A stretch of 64,000 bases of DNA from a virus (IMGVR_UViG_3300049215_000227:39998-103997), one strand, 5' to 3'. Shown: positions 1 through 7,593, numbered from the stretch's first letter. Translations and numbers: made by a program. Notes: a model not told the origin generated them from the sequence alone.

Positions 1-369
1 ATCGAATTTAGATAAAGGCTGAATATGGTCGATATGCCAACCAGTACGAGACCAATTGTCCCAAGTCATACCTGATTGAAACTTAGATTCTAAGTAACGC
101 TTAAATTCTTCTACAGAACATCCTAAGTCTCGTACCGCAGAACCCGCGCGATAATTACCGTTTATAGCTCGATTTAAACGATTACGCAACCTAACTGATA
201 ACTTAAAATTTATATCTTGTGCGTGCCTAAGTTTGCGCTTTTCATAAGCACGTTTATTATATTGACTTTGTTTTTCTTTTGTTCTTTTGCGATACGCTCG
301 TTGGTATTCGACAGCCTTTTCACGATTTTTTACATACCACTGACGACTATATTCTGCCGTATTAGCCAT
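1..369 (-). CDS. HNH-type endonuclease, truncated at window edge (not in ORF track)
   Basis: Manual translation from ATG at 369: MANTAEYSRQWYVKNREK...DLGCSVEEFKRYLESKFQSGMTWDNWSRTGWHIDHIQPLSKFD, open to position 1; the GMTW..WHIDHIxP pattern is typical of phage HNH-like nucleases; AT-richer than neighbours. Confidence 0.75.
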   Translation of the reverse strand, partial: MANTAEYSRQWYVKNREKAVEYQRAYRKRTKEKQSQYNKRAYEKRKLRHAQDINFKLSVRLRNRLNRAINGNYRAGSAVRDLGCSVEEFKRYLESKFQSGMTWDNWSRTGWHIDHIQPLSKFD

Positions 370-370
370 A

Positions 371-715
371 TTAACGTTTACTTGGCGGTTTGTTAATTAC
401 TAGTTCACCTTTATCGTTATAGACTAACCATCCTTCTTGGAGACAAGTCTCTAGCGAGTACGTTTGAATGAGCCTAGGAACTTCGACTTCCCAGAAGTAC
501 TCAGTTTTGCGGGCCTTATTCTGCTCCTTCTCGTCAGGAGCAGTCCTTACATTGGTGTAGGGATCAATAACTTCTCTAGCAACCTGAGAACCTTTGCCAG
601 GGAATTGTCGCTTGCTTTTAGCGCCGCACTGGCAGTCGATCTCTTCTACCTTTGGGGAAGCGTAGCGTTCGACTTCAGTCTTACAGTTGTCGCATAGGAA
701 GCGAAACTTTGCCAT
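371..715 (-). CDS. FmdB-like zinc-ribbon protein
   Basis: N-terminal FxCxxC...CxC (FRFLCDNCKT...DCQCG); tightly packed in operon. Confidence 0.55.
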   Translation of the reverse strand: MAKFRFLCDNCKTEVERYASPKVEEIDCQCGAKSKRQFPGKGSQVAREVIDPYTNVRTAPDEKEQNKARKTEYFWEVEVPRLIQTYSLETCLQEGWLVYNDKGELVINKPPSKR

Positions 716-716
716 A

Positions 717-1175
717 TTAGAAACTCAAGCCAACGCTTACACCAGCCATGCCATTTTGAAAGCCAAATACGCCTACCGTGAGAGGTCCAAGGATTGGCTT
801 ACTTACGGAAGCTCCGTAAATAGGCATTCCTGGCTTCGTAACATCAAGAGCAGCAAGTGCGGAAATTGTCACTTTAGAAGTGCTTCGGTCAACTTCCTTA
901 GTTGTGGTCTTATCAATCTCAGTATCAGAATGCGCATCAGAGTGCTTCGTCTGATTATCAGTGATTACAGTAGTCTTTGTCTTGGTGCCATCTGGCTTAG
1001 TGGTCTCAGTGATGGTAGTAGTCTTATCCTTAGTGCTATCGACCTGTTTATCTGTGGTTTTCTTTTCAACCTCAACAGTTTGAATCTTAACCTTTTCAGG
1101 TGCACTCCAACGACCGACAGCGAAGGCGCCCACTAACGCTACAACAGCTACGATAACGATTGTCTTGTTAGTCAT
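717..1175 (-). CDS. membrane-anchored protein with C-terminal beta-strands (possible spanin-like)
   Basis: N-terminal hydrophobic helix, Thr/Lys-rich linker, alternating-pattern C-terminus ending VSVGLSF. Confidence 0.5.
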   Translation of the reverse strand: MTNKTIVIVAVVALVGAFAVGRWSAPEKVKIQTVEVEKKTTDKQVDSTKDKTTTITETTKPDGTKTKTTVITDNQTKHSDAHSDTEIDKTTTKEVDRSTSKVTISALAALDVTKPGMPIYGASVSKPILGPLTVGVFGFQNGMAGVSVGLSF

Positions 1176-1363
1176 TGCTCCTCCTTTTTCTCGTCCTTCT
1201 TGTCTTGACGCTTACGTCTGGTGGACAAGTTCTCATCGATATACTCAACAATCTTGGTAAGCAACTCTTCTTGCTTAGCTGATTGTGGAGCAAGGTCGTT
1301 GATGTTATAAATCTTTCGCATTATGTCCCAGAGATCGTTAGTGATCTCCTTCTTGCGATTCAT
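1172..1363 (-). CDS. hypothetical protein
   Basis: ATGA-coupled to the next gene; 63 aa, charged. Confidence 0.6.
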   Translation of the reverse strand: MNRKKEITNDLWDIMRKIYNINDLAPQSAKQEELLTKIVEYIDENLSTRRKRQDKKDEKKEEQ

Positions 1364-1364
1364 A

Positions 1365-3092
1365 TTACTCCTGGCCGACCAATCCGCTCTCAGGATTCAT
1401 CATGTCGCGGAAGGCCTGCTTGCTCAACGCAAGCTGATTTTCCAAGCCAAAGTCACGAGGGACAACCACGATGCCTCCGAGTGTAATCAACAGAGAAGCA
1501 ACAGAGAGTGCGTTACCCAAGCTAACTCTGCAAACCTTAGCAGGTTCAATGATACCTGCCTCTTCTGGATCTACTATACGATGGGCATTCGCATCAAAGA
1601 TGAACTTAGGCGGCTCTTGCTTGTCAACGACAAACTGTTCCAAGGCGTTCCAGATGTCTCCAAAGTCCTCACCGCAGTTAGAAAGAAGCATCTCAAATGG
1701 AGCTCTGAGAGCCTTAACCATGATGTCCCACGAGAGGACATGATCAGGATGCTTGGCGATGATGTCAGAGAGAACTAGATGAACTCCACAGCCGCCAGGA
1801 ACAATGCCTTCAGCAATAGCGGAGCGAACAGCCTCAACAGCGTCCTCAACGCGAGCTTTCTTCTCGCGAGCCTCAAGCTCAGAGCCGCCGCCGACCCAGA
1901 TGGTCGACACGCCGCCGGTAAGCTTGCTGATGGCGGCCTTCGCGAACATGCGCTCGCGGTCACTAGGAGCTACTTGCATGATTGACTTAAGCTCAGCGAT
2001 ACGAGCCTCGATCTTCTCGTGATCCACGTTGCTGGTCAAGAACGTCTCGAACATGTTCACCTTTGCATTCTCAAAGAATCCAAATGAATCCTCAAGATTC
2101 TCGTCCGTGATGTAATGATCGATCGTTCCAGCATCCACAACGGTAGCGCCGGTGTACGCAGCCATGTCGTATAAGAACATTGAGCGGGAGTTTGCCACGC
2201 CGCCAAGCGGTGTCTTAACTGGAACTACTGAGTATCCGCCCTTCGTGGTCTTAGCAAACTTGTCAAGCACGACGTCAGAGAAGCCGTGAGCAAACACGAT
2301 GATAGGCTTACCGTAGAGTTCAGTGCCCTCAACAGCTTGCTGGATCGCGGCAGGAACCTTGAGGTCATTCACCGTGCCGTCAAACAGAACGACAACGCCA
2401 TTATCCATCTTCGCTTGCTGAGCCGAGCGATCGTTGATGAACGCCAGGCCGATAGAACCAATGTCCTTCAGACCGGTCGTGACGATGCAGCCGTCGATCG
2501 TCTCTACGCGGATGTCCTCTGCGTCTGCTTCCTCAATGAGAACCTGGCCATCTTCGCCAGCAGCGATAACCGCGTCGACAGCTGCGGTAGCAATTGCAGA
2601 GTCTCCGTTGGCAGAAATAGTGGCAACATTAATAAGCTCATGACGCTCCTTCACAGGTTTTGCATGCTGCTTTAGGAATGGGGTGATAACCTTGCTGTAA
2701 CAATCGTTAAGCTCGTTAACCATTCTTTGGGGGTTGTATTTAGGATTTGCCTCTAGAAACGCAAGTCCGTGATTCGTAATTGCTGAAGCAAGAACAATAG
2801 CCGTAGTTGTGCCATCTCCCGCTTGCTTAGCTGTCCTGAGACAAATCTCTTTAGCAGACTCGATAATGATGTTAGCCTCTGCGTTTGCGACTCCGAGAGT
2901 TTTTGCAACTGTAACTCCGTCCTTCGTTACGAGTGGAGACAGACCGTCACGCTCAAGAATGACCGGACGACCACCTGGTCCAAGGGTTGCGCCAACGACG
3001 TTAGCCATCTCGTTGATGGTTTCGCTGACAACCTTGCGGATCTTTGCCCTATCTGCCGTAATGCTCTTTGCTTTGCTCTTCTCGTAAATCAT
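1365..3092 (-). CDS. groEL: phage chaperonin GroEL
   Basis: TLGPGGR, TKDGVTVAK, AGDGTTTA, KARVEDAV, GIVPGG, IIEPAKV motifs; 575 aa; no GGM tail. Confidence 0.97.
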   Translation of the reverse strand: MIYEKSKAKSITADRAKIRKVVSETINEMANVVGATLGPGGRPVILERDGLSPLVTKDGVTVAKTLGVANAEANIIIESAKEICLRTAKQAGDGTTTAIVLASAITNHGLAFLEANPKYNPQRMVNELNDCYSKVITPFLKQHAKPVKERHELINVATISANGDSAIATAAVDAVIAAGEDGQVLIEEADAEDIRVETIDGCIVTTGLKDIGSIGLAFINDRSAQQAKMDNGVVVLFDGTVNDLKVPAAIQQAVEGTELYGKPIIVFAHGFSDVVLDKFAKTTKGGYSVVPVKTPLGGVANSRSMFLYDMAAYTGATVVDAGTIDHYITDENLEDSFGFFENAKVNMFETFLTSNVDHEKIEARIAELKSIMQVAPSDRERMFAKAAISKLTGGVSTIWVGGGSELEAREKKARVEDAVEAVRSAIAEGIVPGGCGVHLVLSDIIAKHPDHVLSWDIMVKALRAPFEMLLSNCGEDFGDIWNALEQFVVDKQEPPKFIFDANAHRIVDPEEAGIIEPAKVCRVSLGNALSVASLLITLGGIVVVPRDFGLENQLALSKQAFRDMMNPESGLVGQE

Positions 3093-3664
3093 TACTCAAT
3101 TCTCTCCGTAATTCCGCCCTCTTCCACGAACACATTCTTCATGTTATTCTTAACATACGTCGATCCCTTTTGGGACAGAGTTACGTAAGAGATAACTAAG
3201 AAGTCAGGTTCCGGTCTATCTGGCGGATATATCTTCAATATACTAAAAGGTACCAATGCAGCTCTAGTAAATCCCATATCTGCCACATGATTTACTGAGT
3301 TAATAACTCTATTGATAGCTACATCTAGCTTCTCTATGCCTGCTCTAGCAACTGCAAAATGAACTAAATCTGCCTTACGAACATAAAGTTGATCAGCATC
3401 GATGTCTTTGTAATACTCGCAGCTTTTTAAGTTCAACTTACCGAGCAAGCGAAGCCACTCTGGAAGCTTCTCGTTGTACTGATGCACTAGATGCTCAGTT
3501 TTGTTTTCAAGCGCCTTGATAGCCTTCTCGTTAAAGTAGCCCTTAAAGATTGGATAGATGTCTGTCATCTCAAAGCCGGGCATAACCGTTACCGGTTGAC
3601 CCTCTTTGTCGGCGTTACCGCTTTTTATTAGTGCGTCGATTGCTAGCGCGATGTCTGACGGCAT
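3092..3664 (-). CDS. hypothetical protein
   Basis: 190-aa ORF whose stop abuts the groEL start. Confidence 0.65.
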   Translation of the reverse strand: MPSDIALAIDALIKSGNADKEGQPVTVMPGFEMTDIYPIFKGYFNEKAIKALENKTEHLVHQYNEKLPEWLRLLGKLNLKSCEYYKDIDADQLYVRKADLVHFAVARAGIEKLDVAINRVINSVNHVADMGFTRAALVPFSILKIYPPDRPEPDFLVISYVTLSQKGSTYVKNNMKNVFVEEGGITERIE

Positions 3665-4361
3665 TGTCCATTTCCTTATTGTATTCTTTTACCACCTTCT
3701 CGTACTTCTTAATCTGCTTCGAGTCGTTGTCAAAGCCAAAGAAGCTGTGACCAAGCTTAAGAGCGGCCTTCAATGAGCCAGTACCTCCGCAATAAGGATC
3801 GAATATGACGGACCCAGGAAGACAGTCAGTCATTCTGATTAAAAGTTCTGCTAACTCAACTGGATATGCTTCATCAAGTGAGCCAGTCTCAACCTCCCAG
3901 GTGTTACCTGGACAAGAGGTCTCGTCGTCAGTATGGAGATACTCGCGGATAGGAAGGCGATCTAATTTCCAGACATCGCCGTTGCAGAAGTGAAGAACAT
4001 ACTCGTGAGAGTTGACTAAGTTAGTTTCAGAGCGCTTGCCAGGAAACCAAGTCTTCTTGATTATGATGTTGTCGACGTGAGTGAAACCAGCGTCAGCCAT
4101 CATCTTGGCTATCTCAAACGGACGCCACTTAGCCTCGATGGGAGCGTAGCAGATGAGAAACACTATCCCGTTGGGGACCATGTGGTTCTTGAGTTTAGCA
4201 GCAAACTCCTTGAACTTAACAGGATCAAAGCCGTCTCGCTTCCTGATTGGAATTCGAGTGATGCAGACTTCAGTATTCTTAGGCCAGATCGCATCAGAAC
4301 TCATGGCATCCATGTTGTTGATGCGTACGTTTGTTTGAAAGATGTTTGAGAGGTTATCCAA
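3615..4361 (-). CDS. beta-class N4C/N6A DNA methyltransferase-like protein, catalytic motif degenerate
   Basis: SAM-binding VIFDPYCGGTGS..FFGFD near C-terminus; IIIKK..SHEYVLHF..GNTWEV..YPVEL family pattern; motif IV position reads CITRIPI instead of (D/S)PPY; GGAG SD before TTG. Confidence 0.8.
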   Translation of the reverse strand: MDNLSNIFQTNVRINNMDAMSSDAIWPKNTEVCITRIPIRKRDGFDPVKFKEFAAKLKNHMVPNGIVFLICYAPIEAKWRPFEIAKMMADAGFTHVDNIIIKKTWFPGKRSETNLVNSHEYVLHFCNGDVWKLDRLPIREYLHTDDETSCPGNTWEVETGSLDEAYPVELAELLIRMTDCLPGSVIFDPYCGGTGSLKAALKLGHSFFGFDNDSKQIKKYEKVVKEYNKEMDNAVRHRASNRRTNKKR

Positions 4362-4390
4362 GTGCCAATGCTCCTAACGGAGCATTATAC

Positions 4391-4846
4391 TTACTCACTC
4401 AACTTTTGATCGATTAGCTCGGTCATGCCGGCACTATATTCTCTCCAGGCATGCTTCTTGAGTTCCACTATAAAGTCATCTAAGTCAAGAAAATAGTACT
4501 CTAGTGTAAAGGTAAAGATAGGTACTGGTCTAGTAGGATCAAGAGTTTGACGTTGCTCGACTCTTTTAGGTCTATACTGCTCGCTGATGGTTGCCTTCCG
4601 CATCATGTCCATGCTAGATAGGTAAAGACTCTTAGTGATACCATCACGATGCAAGGCGACCTCGACAACGAGAGTGTACATCGCAGGTCCTAAGGTAGTT
4701 TGGACTGGACCTGCTGAGCCGACAGACCACATTTGGTCGATATCTTGGTCACGTCGGAGATCAAACGAAACTGCATACCCGTCAAACAGAGTGTGCAGAT
4801 TATCGCCTAATTCTTTAAACTGATTAGCAATATCGCTAGACATCAA
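4391..4846 (-). CDS. hypothetical protein
   Basis: 151-aa ORF coupled to dUTPase. Confidence 0.65.
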   Translation of the reverse strand: MMSSDIANQFKELGDNLHTLFDGYAVSFDLRRDQDIDQMWSVGSAGPVQTTLGPAMYTLVVEVALHRDGITKSLYLSSMDMMRKATISEQYRPKRVEQRQTLDPTRPVPIFTFTLEYYFLDLDDFIVELKKHAWREYSAGMTELIDQKLSE

Positions 4847-5361
4847 GTCTTGCCGGTGCTGCCAAATCCGCCCGCACCGCGAGAAGTATTCGCGTCGACG
4901 GTCTCGACCTGCTCGATGTAAAACTCGGACGAGTAGGGATTCATGATGAACTGGGCAAGCTTCTCGCCCTTCTTGATGACGATCGGATTGACACGCATGA
5001 GAGGATAGCCGTCTGGACCAATCTCCTGCATAACCCAGATGTTAGACATGACGACGTGCGGGATGCCGCGATACTCCTCGTCGATGACGCCAGCATAAAC
5101 AAGCAGACCTTGAGCACCCAACCCAGATTTTGAGGTGATCTCACCCCAAGTTCCCTTAGGGAGCTTCATCTTTATGTTAAGCGGGTGCTTCATCACTTGC
5201 CCTGGGTAGATCGTAATATCTTCCGTTGCAAACAGATCAAAACCGGCGTCAGTCGGATTCTTCTTGGCAGGCAGCTTGCCGCCTTGCAGAACCTCAACCT
5301 CAATCTTGAAGTAGTCTTGTTTAAGTTTATTGAGCAACTCGATCTTCTTGTTTTCGTCCAT
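4843..5361 (-). CDS. dut: trimeric dUTPase
   Basis: Motifs AGFDL, SKSGL, GVIDEEYRG, KLAQ, RGAGGFGSTG; start moved to ATG 5361, which lies 6 nt after TATAAA. Confidence 0.95.
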   Translation of the reverse strand: MDENKKIELLNKLKQDYFKIEVEVLQGGKLPAKKNPTDAGFDLFATEDITIYPGQVMKHPLNIKMKLPKGTWGEITSKSGLGAQGLLVYAGVIDEEYRGIPHVVMSNIWVMQEIGPDGYPLMRVNPIVIKKGEKLAQFIMNPYSSEFYIEQVETVDANTSRGAGGFGSTGKT

Positions 5362-5507
5362 GGTATCTTTATACAAAATGCACAACTTAAGGTCCAGAAA
5401 AAATTTTCAACACTGAGTTAAAAAGTGCATTGTCGCGGGTACTATAGAGATTGTCCTATCCAAACTCGTCTATTCTATCTATTCCCCTAGAAAGTTAAGC
5501 GATCGCT

Positions 5508-5551
5508 CTCGCGCGCAAGCGCGCGGAGTTCGCTCTTCTTCGAAGAGCGAA
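5508..5551. repeat. two adjacent palindromic hairpins in divergent intergenic region
   Basis: CGCGC-GCAA-GCGCG (5510-5523) and perfect TTCGCTCTTC-TTC-GAAGAGCGAA (5529-5551). Confidence 0.7.
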
Positions 5552-5620
5552 GATGAGCCATAGAATTTTTCATTCAGGAGTTTGAAGGGCTGCCTACCAA
5601 ACCCTTGATACAATGGTCTT

Positions 5621-6358
5621 ATGGGAATCAGAGAAGACTTTCAACCTTACGTAGACGGCAACAACTTGATGGCACCGCACCAGGTTGCACCCAACTCTGG
5701 CAGGGGTTCTGACAATGGAACCATGTACACGAGCGAGTACTTCATCATGCTGAAGAAGAACAGCGTGCTCACCGAAGAGGACAAGGAAGACTACGAGGAT
5801 CGAATTGAGCCGTGCATCGACCTAGAAGGAATGCTCAACCGTGCACCGAATGACTCCGATCAAGAAGGACCGGACGACTACTATGGGGTTCTCAACGGCT
5901 GCATGGAGCTGGGAAACGTCTCGATCCCGCGAAGATTCCTGAAGGCCTTGATCCGCAACCTTGGCTTCTTGAACAATAGCCAGCCGGAAAAATGGACGCT
6001 GAACTCGTTCTTGGCTCGCCAGATGCAACTTACTTGCTGCATGGTTAACGCCTCATTCCCTAGTTGGGTAAACCCTCTTCACTGGCTGGTACGAATTTTA
6101 GCCAGCCCACTGTATCTCTACAGCGCAATCTGCTTGCTCGTCAGCTGCATCGGTACGGATACCGGAGACACGGACGCCAGGAGACTCGCTTGGCATCTCG
6201 GAAACAACGTTGGCAAGAGATCGCTCCTGTGCTGGCTGGCGTACAAGGTTTGGCTGCGAAGACTTTACAAGGATTATGCTGGCGGGATGAGCGACGTCGC
6301 GAAGATCTATTACGGACCCGCGGGAGATAACGCTTACAGTAGATGGTGGCGCACCTAG
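5621..6358 (+). CDS. hypothetical protein (predicted alpha-helical)
   Basis: 245-aa ORF; TG-n-TACAAT 6 nt before ATG; TAG stop overlaps the 3' end of a tRNA on the opposite strand. Confidence 0.75.
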   Translation: MGIREDFQPYVDGNNLMAPHQVAPNSGRGSDNGTMYTSEYFIMLKKNSVLTEEDKEDYEDRIEPCIDLEGMLNRAPNDSDQEGPDDYYGVLNGCMELGNVSIPRRFLKALIRNLGFLNNSQPEKWTLNSFLARQMQLTCCMVNASFPSWVNPLHWLVRILASPLYLYSAICLLVSCIGTDTGDTDARRLAWHLGNNVGKRSLLCWLAYKVWLRRLYKDYAGGMSDVAKIYYGPAGDNAYSRWWRT

Positions 6359-6421
6359 AGGGACTCGAACCCCCGTCGCACGATGTTAGAGATCGCCGTT
6401 CTGCCGCTGAACTATAGGTGC
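6347..6421 (-). tRNA. tRNA-Sup (anticodon CUA, amber)
   Basis: Acceptor GCACCTA/TAGGTGC, D stem GTTC/GAAC, anticodon arm GCGAT-CTCTAAC-ATCGT, T arm GGGGG-TTCGAGT-CCCTC, G73, encoded CCA; 75 nt. Confidence 0.92.
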
Positions 6422-6426
6422 AAGAT

Positions 6427-6502
6427 TGGAGATCCCAGCGGGATTCGAACCCGCGACCGTGCGATTTAGAGTTGCCCGCTCTACCAACTGAGCTATGGGA
6501 TC
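6427..6502 (-). tRNA. tRNA-Sup (anticodon CUA, amber), weak anticodon stem
   Basis: Acceptor GATCCCA/TGGGATC, D stem GCTC/GAGC, GGCAA-CTCTAAA-TCGCA (two mismatches), T arm GCGGG-TTCGAAT-CCCGC, U73, CCA; 76 nt. Confidence 0.85.
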
Positions 6503-6638
6503 ATTTAATTTCATGACAATGAGAATTGATGTAATCTAGTTGGCCTTGTAAGAAATCATAATGCTTCGTGAAGAAGTTGAACTCGTAAGACATGAAGCAA
6601 ACAAGACCTAAGATAATCAGCAGATAAAAAGTTCTCAT
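6501..6638 (-). CDS. small membrane protein (45 aa)
   Basis: MRTFYLLIILGLVCFMSYEF...; AAGGA SD before ATG 6638; the longer GTG start in the ORF track lies inside a structured RNA. Confidence 0.55.
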   Translation of the reverse strand: MRTFYLLIILGLVCFMSYEFNFFTKHYDFLQGQLDYINSHCHEIK

Positions 6639-6647
6639 ATAATCCTT

Positions 6648-6868
6648 TGTGCGGGTCGATCGCGAATCGACTATAGTGTTTCCAGATGACCGTTGACGGA
6701 ACCCCACTTAACCCTCAGGGACTCTCACCCTGACACAACCCTTCGCTTTCGCGGATGTTGAAACTCATCTCTTTCTGCGTGTCTCCAGCAAGATCTCCGA
6801 CTCAAACGGATATAGCGTGATCCCATTCGGAATCTCAATCCCTTGCAGCATATCCACGCCGCTCGCAC
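6648..6868 (-). ncRNA. large tRNA-like structured RNA B (221 nt)
   Basis: Closing GTGCG/CGCAC; D-like GCGT-GGAT-ATGC; GCAAG/CTTGC arm; T-like GTCGA-TTCGCGA-TCGAC next to the 3' strand; TATAAA 6 nt upstream; shares CGGCGTGGA and TGCAAGG with the RNA at 10047. Confidence 0.6.
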
Positions 6869-6889
6869 GAGTATTTTATACAATGATGA

Positions 6890-7021
6890 TTTTTGAGGCA
6901 GGCCGGTTTTTGCGGCTCCGTTTAAACCCGGCGTCTACCGACTTCGGCCATAGCGAAAGCACGATCGCGTGAGCGGTTGCCGTCAACTAGGTTGCGGCCG
7001 GACTGTCACCTGCCTCAAAAA
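6890..7021 (+). ncRNA. structured RNA closed by a 13-bp stem
   Basis: TTTTTGAGGCAGG/CCTGCCTCAAAAA; internal GC-GAAA-GC and TCGC-GTGA-GCGG GNRA hairpins; GCCG-T-CAAC-TAG-GTTG-CGGC; TACAAT 6 nt upstream. Confidence 0.55.
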
Positions 7022-7023
7022 AC

Positions 7024-7593
7024 TTATACTAGCTTCCTACTCTTGAGCAGATTCTCTGCGTCAGGACCAAAGCAAGCGTAAGCAGTTACCTTGTTCTCGA
7101 GATCTGGCTCAACAAACTCAGCGTACTGGTGAAGTCCGCCATGCTTGAGAGACCAGTAAGGAAGCATGTCACCCTTGTATCCTGCAGAATCTTTGAGATA
7201 GATTAGGTGCCCGTTGCTCCACTGGGTATTTGGATTCTTTCGCAAGAACTCAGCAACCGCGTGTCCTGCTTGAACTGCTTGTTGAGAAGGATGCAGCTTC
7301 TCGTTCACAACAACGTAAAGCTTCGCGTTGCTGTCGGGATTCATCGACTTGAGGATCCAGTTTACCCAATCCATATTCAGACCAGCAGTACTGTCCATCT
7401 GCTCGACCGTTCGACCCCTTGCGAGACCGTACGCTACGTGCTTATGGCGAAATGCAACTCTGAGCTCGTTCAGGCCTGGAACGTATCCACTTCCGCCCGT
7501 GATCTCTTTGTTCTTGCGTTGACTTTTCTTTTCTTTGATTTGACGAGCCAACTCTTTGAGTTCTAGCTTCATCTTCTTGATTTGTTCTTTCAT
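7024..7593 (-). CDS. Pth2-like peptidyl-tRNA hydrolase domain protein with N-terminal helical domain
   Basis: KLYVVVNEKLHPSQQAVQAGHA...FVEPDLENKVTAYA resembles the PTH2 family; GGAG SD. Confidence 0.75.
   Translation of the reverse strand: MKEQIKKMKLELKELARQIKEKKSQRKNKEITGGSGYVPGLNELRVAFRHKHVAYGLARGRTVEQMDSTAGLNMDWVNWILKSMNPDSNAKLYVVVNEKLHPSQQAVQAGHAVAEFLRKNPNTQWSNGHLIYLKDSAGYKGDMLPYWSLKHGGLHQYAEFVEPDLENKVTAYACFGPDAENLLKSRKLV

Noticed and set aside
1172-1363. GroES next to groEL
   Set aside because: 63 aa, helical and charged, with no GroES beta-barrel or mobile-loop pattern.
1283-3188. Many opposite-strand ORFs in the track here and throughout the structural block (for example 47051-49170, 59024-59605)
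   Set aside because: They lie fully antisense to well-supported genes, lack RBS or promoter signals and resemble no family.
6356-6509. Functional readthrough of the 5621 ORF across the tRNAs
   Set aside because: The extension is just the antisense of two tRNAs; the second in-frame TAG is the anticodon complement, most simply coincidence.
6764-6850. 28-aa ORF MLQGIEIPNG.. inside RNA B
   Set aside because: No SD, and its ATG is inside the D-like stem; the region is better explained by RNA structure, though it is not excluded.
6890-7021. Minimal RNase P RNA or degenerate tRNA-Leu on the minus strand
   Set aside because: GACAGTCC, CAAAAACCGGC and GGTAGACGC resemble fragments of these RNAs, but the P2/P4 partners and cloverleaf stems cannot be formed; GNRA loops and G-U pairs favour the plus strand.
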